Source of the DNA: Heteronotia binoei
Lineage: Eukaryota
NCBI RefSeq assembly: GCF_032191835.1
Contig: NC_083239.1
Span: 24,242,001-24,306,000, forward strand
Direction: 5' to 3'
DNA: 64,000 nucleotides
The notes under the pieces are model-generated. The model saw only the letters and a list, made by a program, of their open reading frames with translations, was not told the origin of the DNA and ran no database searches. Position numbers and translations under genes: made by a program. This document shows positions 18,814-30,053 of this stretch, piece after piece (position 1 is the first letter of the stretch; every line of letters begins with the position of its first letter).

Positions 18814-21800
18814 TCACAGCAGGCCCTGGCGTTTCAAATCTTCGTAGGTCTTTTTGTTGACGACATTCCCACTGGAATCTTCGTACTCTTCCTGCAAAGA
18901 AAAGAAAGAAGCTTGTTGGGTTCCAAGTGTGGGGCAAGGTAAGAAAAAAGAAAGAAAAAGAAAAACAGCACTGAGCCAATAAGAGGTTTGGTCTGATTCT
19001 GTGTTCCTCTTTGAAAAGGATGATGGGAGAAGAAAAGAGGACACTGGCTTTCCTCACTTATGTCCATTTCCTGGTTCTCTTTGCTGGACTGCAAAGGCCA
19101 CAGGATAGTGTGGCATCCACACATGTAAGTCATCAACCCCAGACATTCCCCTCCCCACAGGCATCAATAAAGCACCCTTGGGGCCAGCTTACTTCTGTGT
19201 CTGGTTGCCACCTCTCCGACGCCTTCTGTTGCTTCAGCTTTGCCCACACTGGAACACAAACAAAAGCACAAAGTCAGACTCTCACCCTGGCTCTGCCAGT
19301 TCCCCAAACCTCAGCCTCTACTCCGCAGAGCAATACAAGTGTGTCTGGGTTAGAGATTTTGCTGCTTTAATGGGGGAAAAAATCAGTCATAACTTCGCTA
19401 GCATATAAAATTCCATCGGTTCATGTATTTATAGCACGTAAAAGTATAGGTTAGCTTTCCATGAAACTAAATTGCAAATACACCCAAGGCTAAAGTGAGA
19501 TAGTGCTGAAAACTGCAACACCTAACTGCTGCTTTAGTAAATTTTGCTCATTCCAAAAGGGGAAAACCTTTGTATTTAAAAATCATTTCACTATCATTAC
19601 CAACAGGGGAAAATCAAGTAGATTTTTTTTTCAGCATTCCTCCGAATTTCTCTATTTTTCAACTGGAAAACTGAAAGAAGTCTTTAGACGGGGGAAAATA
19701 TAATTTTTTAAATTAATGAATTTTTCTGTTCTTTCCGCCCCGCGCCCCCCCCCCCCCCCCACTAGATTGTATCTCTAGTGTTGGTTCCTCAAGTGGAAAA
19801 TTTTCTTCTGTGCCCAAAAGCTGCAGATGCTGGCAGGGCCAAAGCTGCCCTTCTCACATGCTTGAACACACTCGACCAAAAGAAAATGGAAAAGCCACCA
19901 ATCTCCTTGATGGGACAGAGGTTAGAGGACATCTCCCCAGTGCCAGTCACTGTACCTAACAACCCAGATAAGGCCAAATGCCCCCAAGAGCACCTGCACA
20001 GCCACTTACATGAAACAGCATCTTCAATCTGCGTGACGTTTGCAAAGTGAGCCGTGTTGGGGATGCCCAGGCATCGCATTCCATGGGCGTGGCGCCACTC
20101 CTACAGAGCACAAAAGGGCATCAAAAAGAGAGTTGAGCACAAAGTGAAATCAGCCACATGATTTCTCTCCCTAATCCTACCAAAATGGCCCAAAACAGTG
20201 GCCACAAAACATCTCTGTATGGTATGAGAACACCAGCCCAAGGGCAAGGGCTGCTATTTTAACTGGTTTAATAGCTGAACAAAGGGATGCTCCCCATCTC
20301 TCTTTCTTCAACTGCCATAACCTGGAACTTTTGCTGCACAGGAGTCCCAACAACCAGCTGATGGGCCACCTCTTTTCCTCCCACTGTAACTCTTAACTTC
20401 ACAGCGGACCAAACAAAAGAATCTGATAGCACCCCTACCGCAAAGTGCCGCTGAAATGCTTTGGGCCCCCGATATGTGTAGTTTCCACAGATCTCACAGT
20501 TGTAATTTATATTCAGGCCATGGAGCTTGTAGAGCCAATAGGGGATGGGCTGGAAGGCAAGAGAGAATGTAAGGGGCAGGGGAGAAGAGAAGAAGATCAG
20601 AGCACAAGAGCCTTGCTGGATCAGACCACTAGTCTATCTAGACCAGCATCCCATTTCACAAAGTGGCCAACCCACTGCTATAGAGGACCAACAACAGGAC
20701 ACAAAGGCTAAGGCTTTCTCCTGATGCTGCCTCCTGGCAGTCATATTCAGAGACTGATTGACTCTGAATGTGGAGATTCACTTCAGTCATGATGTTTAGA
20801 AGCCACTAATAAGTCTGTCCTCCAAGATGCCAGGTGTGCCAATGAGGGACCTCTAATTGCACTCTGCTGCCCCTATGCCCTTCCCCTTACCTTGCCATCC
20901 CATCCCAGTGGCAAGTTCTTGGGATTGTATATGATCTCATTCTCTTCATCCTCGCTCTCGCTCTCACTGATTTGCTCCTCCTCTTCTTCCTCACGCTCTT
21001 CACCCGTCCGCGCCTGCTTGCGCTGCACATTCTCATGTGTCAACTGACGCTGCTCCTGCAGTGGGAAGACAGAGAATGGGAATGTGATTCACTCATTGCT
21101 ACTGCTGTGAGCCCACCACTAGGGAAAGTGAGGCAGGTGCTTACCCCAAGGATTTCCACGTATTCATAGATCTGAGCCTCCAGGAAGGCCAGGTCCTTGT
21201 TCCTCTCAGTGTCCCTGTCAAGACGAAAGTTCCATAAACACCAACCTGATTCAGTTGCTGCTAGTGAAAGCCACCCCCACCCCCTTCAATGGCCACTGAG
21301 AGGCAAGCCAAGGAGAGAAATACAGAAGTGAAGGCAGTGAATGGCGGCCAAAGGCAACCATGCCAAACTCACCCTGCCTGGTAACAAGAGAGCAAAACAC
21401 TCAACTCACCGCTTGCTGCCTTTTGTCTTTGGGTTCTTAGCAAACAGGGAGGAGTCAAGAGCTTCCAGGGACTTGCCCTTGGTGCTGAACAGCCTCTGAG
21501 CACGCTCTTCTAGTGTTCTGGGCAAAATTGGAGAGGAGGGAAGAAAAGGAAGATATCACCAAGAAAGAGTTTGTTTGGGGAGTGAGCCTGGATTCTTGGG
21601 TCACTACAAAGTTCTTCCCTTTTCACCTCCCCCCCCCCCACCCAGCAATCAGCAGCCAAGTCCCCTACTTACCCTCCACATTTAAGTCCCAAAGCCAGAA
21701 GGGCAGATTTCAACCTGTCCAGTCCGAGGGAGGCCAGCTCCTGTAGATGTACCCAAAGACACAAGTGTCCAGAGTTAAACACAGCCCTAGCTGGAGACAG

Positions 21801-24709
21801 CCCAGCCCAAACAAGAAGCTCCTTGCATCCTGTTACCACCTTTCCATAATGAAAAAATAGCAAAACAGAAGACAAGCTGACCTCCCAGGAAGAGAAGGCT
21901 GAGAGGTCCAGATGGGCACCAGCATGAGTGAGCGCGCTGCTGGTCTCTTTCTGTCAAAAGAGAAGAAGGCTTGGCTGAGGCCCCTGGGGCATACACCAGA
22001 GCTTCCCTGATCAGACACACAAGCCGCTATCAAGGCATCTACAAGGAGCAAGCCCTGGAGAGGCCTGTTTGAACAACCGCCCTCTGGGTGGCAGTCATCC
22101 AGGCCGAATCCCAACCCACAACGATATCCCCAGGGAACTCACTGGCCAGCCGGGGAATGTGCCATTGTCCCACTTTTTTTCAAAGTCTGCCTGGATCTTG
22201 CCAAAGAGCTCATTCTGATCTAACAGTGGTTTGACTCGGTCTGTGTAATCCTGCAGGTACTCCAGGAGCATCTCCAGGTATCTGGAATGAACAAAGAAGA
22301 GGGGAGACTGCTATCTCAAGTGATGTTTCCCTGCAACCCCCACAAGCAGAGTTCTGTACAAAGACAGCATGCTCCATCCAGCAATGTTAAATTTGGTTCT
22401 GGTTACTGCTAATCACTATGTGGAAAAAAGAGAATATATCCAGACAAGTCGCTTAAAATGGCATAAAAGTACAACACAAATACAGGCCAAGCAAGGCCAA
22501 GACTGACATACTGCAACTTCTCCCCATTCCTCCCTGTTGTGAATTCACCTCTTGTATTCTGCATTTTTCCTCTCCTTGGGAATGTCGAAGAGCTGGTCGA
22601 AAGTAGATAGGTAAGTGATGTAGTCCAATTTCTACAACAAAAGGATGAAAGACAAACAATAATTAACAAACAGACATAAGATTTTAGGGCTTCCACTGAA
22701 TCATTTCCTTATTCCTGCTCTCTCCATGCCATCATAATAAACTTGGGCAGATAAAGAAACTAGGATAGTTACTAAAGGTCCAGGGGGAGACACTAAGCAT
22801 AAGAACAAAAGAGAAACCATGATGGATCAGGCCAATGGCCCATCCAGTCAAACACTCTGTATCACACAGTGGCCAAAAAAACCAAGTGCCATCAGGAGGT
22901 TCACCAGTGGGGCCAGGACACTAGAAGCCCTCCCACTGTGCCCCCCACCCCAAGCACCAAGAAAACAGAGCATCACTTGCCCCAGACAGAGAGTTCCAAT
23001 GATAAGTTGTGGCTAATAACCACTGATGGACCTTTGCTCCATATGCTTTTCCAATCCCCTCTTGAAGCTGTCTATGCTTCAAGATGGAATTGAATAAGCA
23101 ACGTCCCCAGACAGCACAATCAAGACTTCTTACCTCTGAGGACTTGAGATTAATGTATTTAAGGTAACAATCATGCAGATCCAAATAGCGGCCATATCCT
23201 TCTTCATCAGTGAACTCCACCAGGTCTGCAGAAAGCAAAGATTGGAAGATTGTTCAGAACTGCCACAATAAAAACCCAGGGAAGCTGCTGATGGCAACAA
23301 GCCCAGTCAAAGCTGCACCAGTTCTCTACCAGCTTAATTCATCTGCTTCCAAAACAGAGATAGAAGGCCCAGCTTAACTCACTCTGAGCCTCTTCACTAG
23401 GGTTCTCTCGTGCCTTCAAGAGCTCTTCAAACTCCACTGACATTGGAACACAGATCTGTGAAGGAAAACACAATGTTACTGCAGTTCAGAAGTAGCATGT
23501 TTGACAGTTAGACAGAAACTATCCCCCCCCCCGCCTCCAAAAAAAAACTACAAAAGCAATGAGATTTTGAGATTCCATAAGCAGATAGTGAAGCCAGAAT
23601 GCCCAGGCAAAGGTTTCTGGTAAAGCTGAGTACTAAGACAAAAAGTAAAATAGCAGCCAATTAGAGGGCCCCAGACCAGGACAACCAAGGTTCAATGGCA
23701 GGGGCAAACAAGGGGCAGCAAAAGAACTAAGGCAGCATTCCACCCAGCCCTCTTCCTGACCCATATGAGGCTCTAAGGTGGCCTCCCCTCACCTCATTGG
23801 GGTGTTTCCGATGAAACTCCTTGATCTGCTTCAGACGGTTATAGAACTCTGCAAATTCATTGGGGCCCGAAATAGCGCTGAGCTCCTCCTTCCGCAACCT
23901 GGTGACCAAAAGAACACCTGAGCAGCACGAAGAGAACATGCCAGCCAGCCCTGGGAATGGGAAACTGAGGCAGACCCCCTCCACACACACCCCTGCCTAG
24001 CTTACCCATCCTTATCGTCGTACAAGTCTCTCAAGTTGCCGCTCACCTCCATGTAGCGCTGGAGAAAGAAAGCTGTTAAAACATGTCAATGACCCACTAA
24101 GCCTCATCCCTGTCCCACCCCCCCAATCCTCTACTCCAGGGGTCCCAAACTTTTTAACCTCTAGGCACATTTGGAATTCTGACATGACATGGTGGGCAAA
24201 GCCACAAAATGGGTGCCACAGAACGAGTGCCACAGGAGACAGAGCCAGCCACAAAATGATTGCCACATCTTAACTTTCAATGACACAATGCAGATTATTG
24301 TGCTGTGGGGGCACTTGCTATTAAACCAACTTTTTAAAAAAAAATCTCCAATAGTGAATCGGAAGGACAGCTGGGTAAAAGCCCTACCCTGCCCCGCCCA
24401 CTTTCTAAAACCACTTGGCACATGGCGCCCACGGGCACCACGTTGGAGACCCCGGCTTTACTCACATCCTGCATCGCTCTTGTGCGGTGGTCCGAGTTGA
24501 TCTGATCACGCAACTGCAAAGAACGGGAAGATAACGAGATAAGGAGCGTTTGTGTCAAGGGAACCCCACCGATCGCCTCCCCCGTCCCCCCGGGGTGGAT
24601 CCTGGGCTCTCACCGTGGACTTGCGCGTCAGCATCTCCTTGACCATGACGTCCATTAGCCGCTCTCGCTCCTCATGGTAGCGGCGCTGCTGCTCTAGTAT
24701 AGTCTCCAT
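18814..24709 (-). CDS. SF3A3: Splicing factor 3A subunit 3 (U2 snRNP, SAP61), complete, 17 exons, 501 aa
   Basis: Join: 24709-24614, 24513-24466, 24058-24006, 23898-23793, 23455-23383, 23225-23134, 22631-22549, 22281-22143, 21950-21882, 21740-21673, 21517-21410, 21214-21145, 21055-20891, 20549-20439, 20100-20010, 19248-19193, 18891-18814 = 1506 nt, all GT-AG. Starts [20 protein letters not shown], contains the CEICGN...HFAEWRHAHG zinc finger, and ends [13 protein letters not shown], as in the human protein. Confidence 0.98.
24137..24455. mobile_element. hAT(Charlie-like) non-autonomous element in SF3A3 intron 2
   Basis: CAGGGGTCCC...GGAGACCCCGG termini; 8-bp TSD CTCTACTC/CTTTACTC. Confidence 0.7.
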
Positions 24710-25030
24710 GGCGGAGGCGAAGAGCCAGGATACGGTGGCCGGAAGTATTCCCCTCGGGCGGAAGTCGTCCTGCCAAGCACCGCCCGGAAGCCAGAGTGAG
24801 AGTTCCGGTTCCGGCAGCGCGGAGAGGGGAGGTGCTGGTTCATCCGCGCTGTCCCGAGGGCAGCTTTAGTTGCTCCTGAGAGAAAAGCTTTTGGCTGCTG
24901 CCGCCCCCCCCCTCCCAACACGCCACTGCTTTTCATTGGTTGCTGGAGTTGTCCCACTGCTCTGTTTAGCTCTGAAGCTCAGTCGCGTGGTTTCTCCCCG
25001 CCGGATTATGATTTGCCCCGCTTCCGTGAT
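24700..25030 (-). promoter_or_regulatory. SF3A3: SF3A3 CpG-island promoter/5'UTR with clustered ETS (CCGGAAGT-type) motifs
   Basis: CpG-rich; CCGGAAGT 24739-24746, GCGGAAGT 24758-24765, CCGGAAGC 24784-24791, TTCCGG twice at 24803-24814; Kozak GCCGCC-like CTCCGCCATGG. Confidence 0.75.
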
Positions 25031-25044
25031 GATGGACAGTGAGG

Positions 25045-25173
25045 GGCTGTTATCATACATGCTAACCGATGCACTTTCCAACTGGATTTTGCCAGTTCAC
25101 ACAGCAACATCCAGTTGGAAAGTACACTGAAAGTGAGTTGAAAGTGTATTATTGTGTGTGTGTGATCACAGCC
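25045..25173. mobile_element. Harbinger-like palindromic MITE upstream of SF3A3 (relatives at 45863-45999 with TTA TSD, ~5005-5100, ~42830-43190)
   Basis: GGCTG...CAGCC termini, internal inverted repeat, 3-bp AGG duplication. Confidence 0.65.
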
Positions 25174-28100
25174 AGGGTTTTTTTTGCTTCCCTGCGGCAG
25201 CGTGGTGTATTTCCCTGGACATGATTTCTGCTGAGTTTGGAGAAAGATCTAATAACAGAGCCTGGAATGATGGCTGCTGTGCGGGTAGGGAAGTTTGGAT
25301 TTTCTTGATCCTGCCTCCACAGAAGCTTTTTTATCCGCAGCTCCTGCCTACTCCCCCTACCAGAGTGTATGTGTTTCGGCAATTGAGTAGCTTTACAACA
25401 GTATGTATATCAGGTTCTTTCAAGGTATTTTGCCCTTCAGTACACCCCAGTTCCTAAACATGGGTGCATGAAAATAATCTGTATATTCTGGGATTTTTTT
25501 GAATGAAAGTTTGGGAGGGAGGGGTCAAGTGGCTTCCAATTTATGGCAACCCTATGAATTCGTGACCTCCCAAACGTTCTGTTGCTAACAGCCTTGTCTG
25601 GTCTTGCAAACTGAGGAACCTGGTTTCCTTGTTAGAGCCAATCCAGCTCATGTTGGGTCTTTCCCTGCTGGCATCTGTTTTTCCTAGCATTGTTTCCATT
25701 GGCTCTTCTCAACGTGACCAAAATACTATAGCTTCTGCTTAGTCATTTTAGCTTCCAAGGAAAGTTCAGATTTGATTTAAGCTGGAACCCACTTGTCTTT
25801 TTGTGGGTCTATAATCTCCATTTGCTTGTGAATATATAGGGGTGTGTATGTAAGGTATCATTGCAGTGGCTCATAGCTTTGTGGCCTAACGTACTTCAAT
25901 GGGTGTCACAATTGCTTTCCTTCCTTATAGTAAAAAACTTAATATTTATCAAAATACATATAATTGCTAAATTAGGATTTAACAATAAATGTAATTGAAT
26001 TAACCCAGGTATAAACAGTTAACTGCTGTTGAGAATAATCATTGTACTTATGAGTTTTGCACAGAACTATTCAATCCCCCCCCCCGCCCCAAGCTCTCCA
26101 GTTTTTTCCATGGGCGTAGTTGTATCTGCTGACTGAGGAGTCACTTCATCCATCTAATGAAAACAGGCTTTTGCCCAGAAAGCTTCTGCTACAGTAAATC
26201 TCTTAATCTTTAAACTGGCACAAGATTCCTGTTTTGGTTTTACGAACATTGGTCTTTGGAACTTCATATATCTCACCTTTCTTCCTAATGGGGACCCAGG
26301 ATGGCTTACATCATTCTCCTCACCTCCATTTTATCTTCATAACAACCCTGTCATGTTTGTTAGGCTAAGAGACTGGCCCAAGGTCACCCAACAAGCTTCT
26401 ATGGCAACGAGTGGGGATTTGAACCTAGATCTCTCATACATTAATCCAACACTTTTAAGCTCTATACCACCCTGGTTCCTAATGAATACTTAACCCATGC
26501 CAAGATTTTACCAGGGCGTAGCCCTTTCAGCCTGAAAGAAAAAACTCTTAAAGGTGATTTTCCTTCACACAAATACTTTTTTGACATCATGGTTTGCTTT
26601 AAAAGTTGAACCAGGCCTCAGATTCAGCAGGAGCTCACAGCACAGCTCCTAAACCCTTCTGAGAGTTCCACCTCCTCCTTCCCACCTTGTCCATTGAATA
26701 GTAGGTGCAGCTGTATAACAATCCCTGGATGAGCTCCACCACCTATTTTTCTACAAAACGACCCCTGAGTTGAACCCATTTTTACAGCCTTGAATCTGGG
26801 CATAAGCCTCATTGGGACTTAATTCTAAGGACTTCAACACAGCTGCCTGTCTGGAATTTCTTCCTCTGAGCTGGATCACATGCATGGTTACACAGAAGTC
26901 CCACTGAGTGCAGTGGGTTTATGCCAAAAGCCTAAATGTACAGCCACAGGACATTATCTTTCCTTTTGCAAGTTTGGGCTGGCTTCTCACACACAGCTGT
27001 TCCCAGTCCCACTCACTGTCTTCAATCTCCTAGATCCCCCTTCCTCCAACTGTAGTGGGAAGGCCTCATCTCCATTGTCTAACCAAGTGAAGTGTGGCCA
27101 AGTATATGGAATGGTGTGCTTTAGTCAGATCTCAGAAGCTAAGTAGGGGCGGTACTTGAAAGGGAGACCACCAAGGAAGACTCTGTAGAAGGAGGCAATG
27201 GGAGATCACCTCTACTTGTCACTTGGCATGAAAGCCCCTTTCTGGGGTTGCTGTATGTCAGTAACAACTTGACAGTACTTATACATGCATAAACTGGTCT
27301 AGATTTATACATATTTCTCTATGCTGGTTTAAGAGTGCAAAACACATAGAATTGACACACAAGTCCATCCATTGAGCATGGGAAACAGCGGGGGTTGGGC
27401 AGGCTAAAAATCAACAAGAACCCAAAAGATAAAAACTCTAGCTCTCTCTCTTTCCCCATGGACCAGACTGGCCTTGACACCTCTTGAGTCATGATACTGT
27501 CACTGCCTGCCTTACTCAGGAGGGGATATGCTGCCCCCCCTTTTTGCTTTCTTTGCTTGTTGCTACTGTTTGCAAAGTCTGCTTATTTATCAGGCCAGGG
27601 GGTGGCGCTGCCTGGTCCCCCAGCCTGGTACTTCAAAGAAACGGCACAAGCGAATAGCCCTAGTTGCAAAGCAGACTCTTCCTGGCTGGGCTGTTCTTTT
27701 GCTTCAAAGTTTGGCTCTTGAGGCCTCTGCCCAGCCAGGCCCAGGAAGAGTGAGGTTGAATTCTACTCTTATCTTGCCTTAAAGAGTCTTGCCAGGATGA
27801 AAAACTCCGTTGTGATTTTTTATGAAGTACTGGGGTTGAGGTTGCTGCTGTATCCTAAAAAATGCCCCACAGCAGCATGAGGCAAGGCCTTGAATTTCTT
27901 CCCTCCCCATGTGGGCCCCACAGGTGTTGGGCCCAATCCTGGAATGTTCCATGCCTTTGATCTGGCCCAGTCCTGAGTGGGAAGGAGAAGGCACCCCTAG
28001 GCACAAGCCATACCCATGAGGAGCCAGGTGCAGGGCCTTCCAAGGACAAAGTGAGCATGAAATAGGCCTCTCAGCCTGGAGGCCCCGCTCTACAGCATTG

Positions 28101-29144
28101 GGCCACCAGTCAGGACACATTGTGAGGCACAATAAAGAGGCAACTTGCATAGCCTGCTGCTGAGGTGACCCCTGAAGGACTCCAGAATGGCTGCTCTTTC
28201 TGCCCCCTTGCTAGATGATGGGAAGGAAAGTGTGGGGCAGGCTCTGGTGCCTGAAGGGGTGCTTTCATCCCTCTGCTGTCCCCGCTCTGGGCTTTCTCAC
28301 TCAGCAGTGCTGGGCCCCTTTCCAACTTGGCTCCCTCACCCAACGACGCTGCTGGGTCTACCCCCACCCTGCTCCAAAGCCTTCACTGCATTACCTCACC
28401 CCTCTCCCCCTCATTAAGTGAGTCACCACCCCTTCACGTTGGGATGGAATCCAGATGTTGCCGGCCACATGCAGATGGGGCCGTTTCCTTTTTTGGAGAA
28501 CGGTACCAGTTACTGGTTCCCAGGGGGAAAACCTGCAAGCCAAGCAGTGTGTGTTGTGGGGAGGGGCGCTGATTGTTATCTGGGCCAAGCCCTCCCCCCT
28601 CTCCTCAAAAGAGTTTCAATTGCAGCCACATCTGTAAAGATGGTTGTGAATAAAAGGGAATGCAGCACATGAACAGAATCAAAAGGAGGGGGCTGCTGCC
28701 ACAGGCACCCTGCCATTAGCACCAGAACGTCTTTACCCGGCGTAGTGGGGGGATTTCAGAACGGCTGGAGGGAGGGGCTCTTGTTTCCGGAGGGAAGGCT
28801 GGAATTCAGTTTCACAGCATGGCTGACGGGAGGGCAGGCAGGCGTGGGATTTCAAGAAGAGCTCAGCTTCTGTTTGCAAGAGAGGCCTCAGAACCTCATG
28901 AGAGATGTTGACTGTGAGCCCAGAAAGGACCAGGCCGTCTGCACTGGGCAAGGAAACGGGGGGGGGGGGGGGGGGAGGGCAAGAGGATGGAAATAGTTCA
29001 TTTTCCTTCCTTGTAGCAAAACTCAGGCAGCGGCTTTAGGAACCACTCAAGAAAAAGGGAAAGACCACAAATTTCAGAGGAACTTAGCCACCCCACCCCC
29101 CACGGCTCAAAACACCGAATGACATTCATGGTCCATTAAAATGG

Positions 29145-29150
29145 TTTATT
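29145..29150 (-). terminator. FHL3: Candidate FHL3 polyadenylation signal AATAAA
   Basis: TTTATT on the plus strand about 900 nt past the stop codon. Confidence 0.6.
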
Positions 29151-30053
29151 ATTCAATGCCAGAAGTGGGAAGGGAAGAGGCACATACAATTACTGGCAGT
29201 GAACAGGGCCATAGGAAGCAACCCTCCCCCCACCCCGGAAAAACCTTGAAACACTTCAACTGGTGCTTGATGCACTCCCCAGCCCCAGCAAAGGTTCTGA
29301 CTGAGGGGCTGGTGATATGCAGGAACCTCTTCCAGAGGAGTGGGAGGGAACACACATCGCTTCGCCTTCTCACCAGGAGAAAGGGAAGAAAGGAAACCTC
29401 ACCTCACCCCAAGAAGAGGAAGCAAACTCAACCCAGAATAGAGACCCCTGGGAGCTCTGCTCAGGCCAGGAGGTTCAGCTTTGCAGGCTCTCCTGACTCC
29501 TACTAGGCCGAGGCCCTCTCACCTCACTTAGGAAAACAGGTAGAAAGAGAAGCAGCCCTCTCTCTCTCTAAGCGTACACTGGGGATCACTGGAGGGGGGA
29601 AGGAGCGCTTTTCTTTTCGTTACCTCCCTCCCCTACCTGCAAGTGAGCTAGGTCAGACTTTTGCTGTGAGAAAAGGAGTGGTAAGCATCACCAGCTGGGG
29701 ACCATTTGGTCAAAACCTCAAAAACTGAGGTAGTTTTGGATTCCAAAGGGTCTTCTCTGACAGTTGAGCCAAGTCCTGCCCGCCCCCTCCATATTGGACA
29801 TTCCATCCCCCTCCAGCTGATCACAGACTTATGGAGATCTGCAAAATGCCTTGCTGGCCCTCAGGGTTGGGGGGGGAGGGCTCTATCACAGGGACAGCCT
29901 GCATGAGCAAGCCCAAGATCAGGCAGGCAGGTCTGAGGAAGCAGGGGCCGGTGTCTTCCTGGGGGGGGCATCCGCCCGCCCCCTCCTCGCCTGCTGCTCC
30001 AAGAAGGGACTTGGGCACACGCAAAGCCTGCAGGACAGGTGCCTGGTGGCATT

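Noticed and set aside
18892-24613. Intronic snoRNAs or U12-type introns in SF3A3 (also checked UTP11)
   Set aside because: No convincing paired C/D boxes with terminal stems and no AT-AC or GTATCCTT donors were seen by eye; a snoRNA scan would be needed to exclude H/ACA types.
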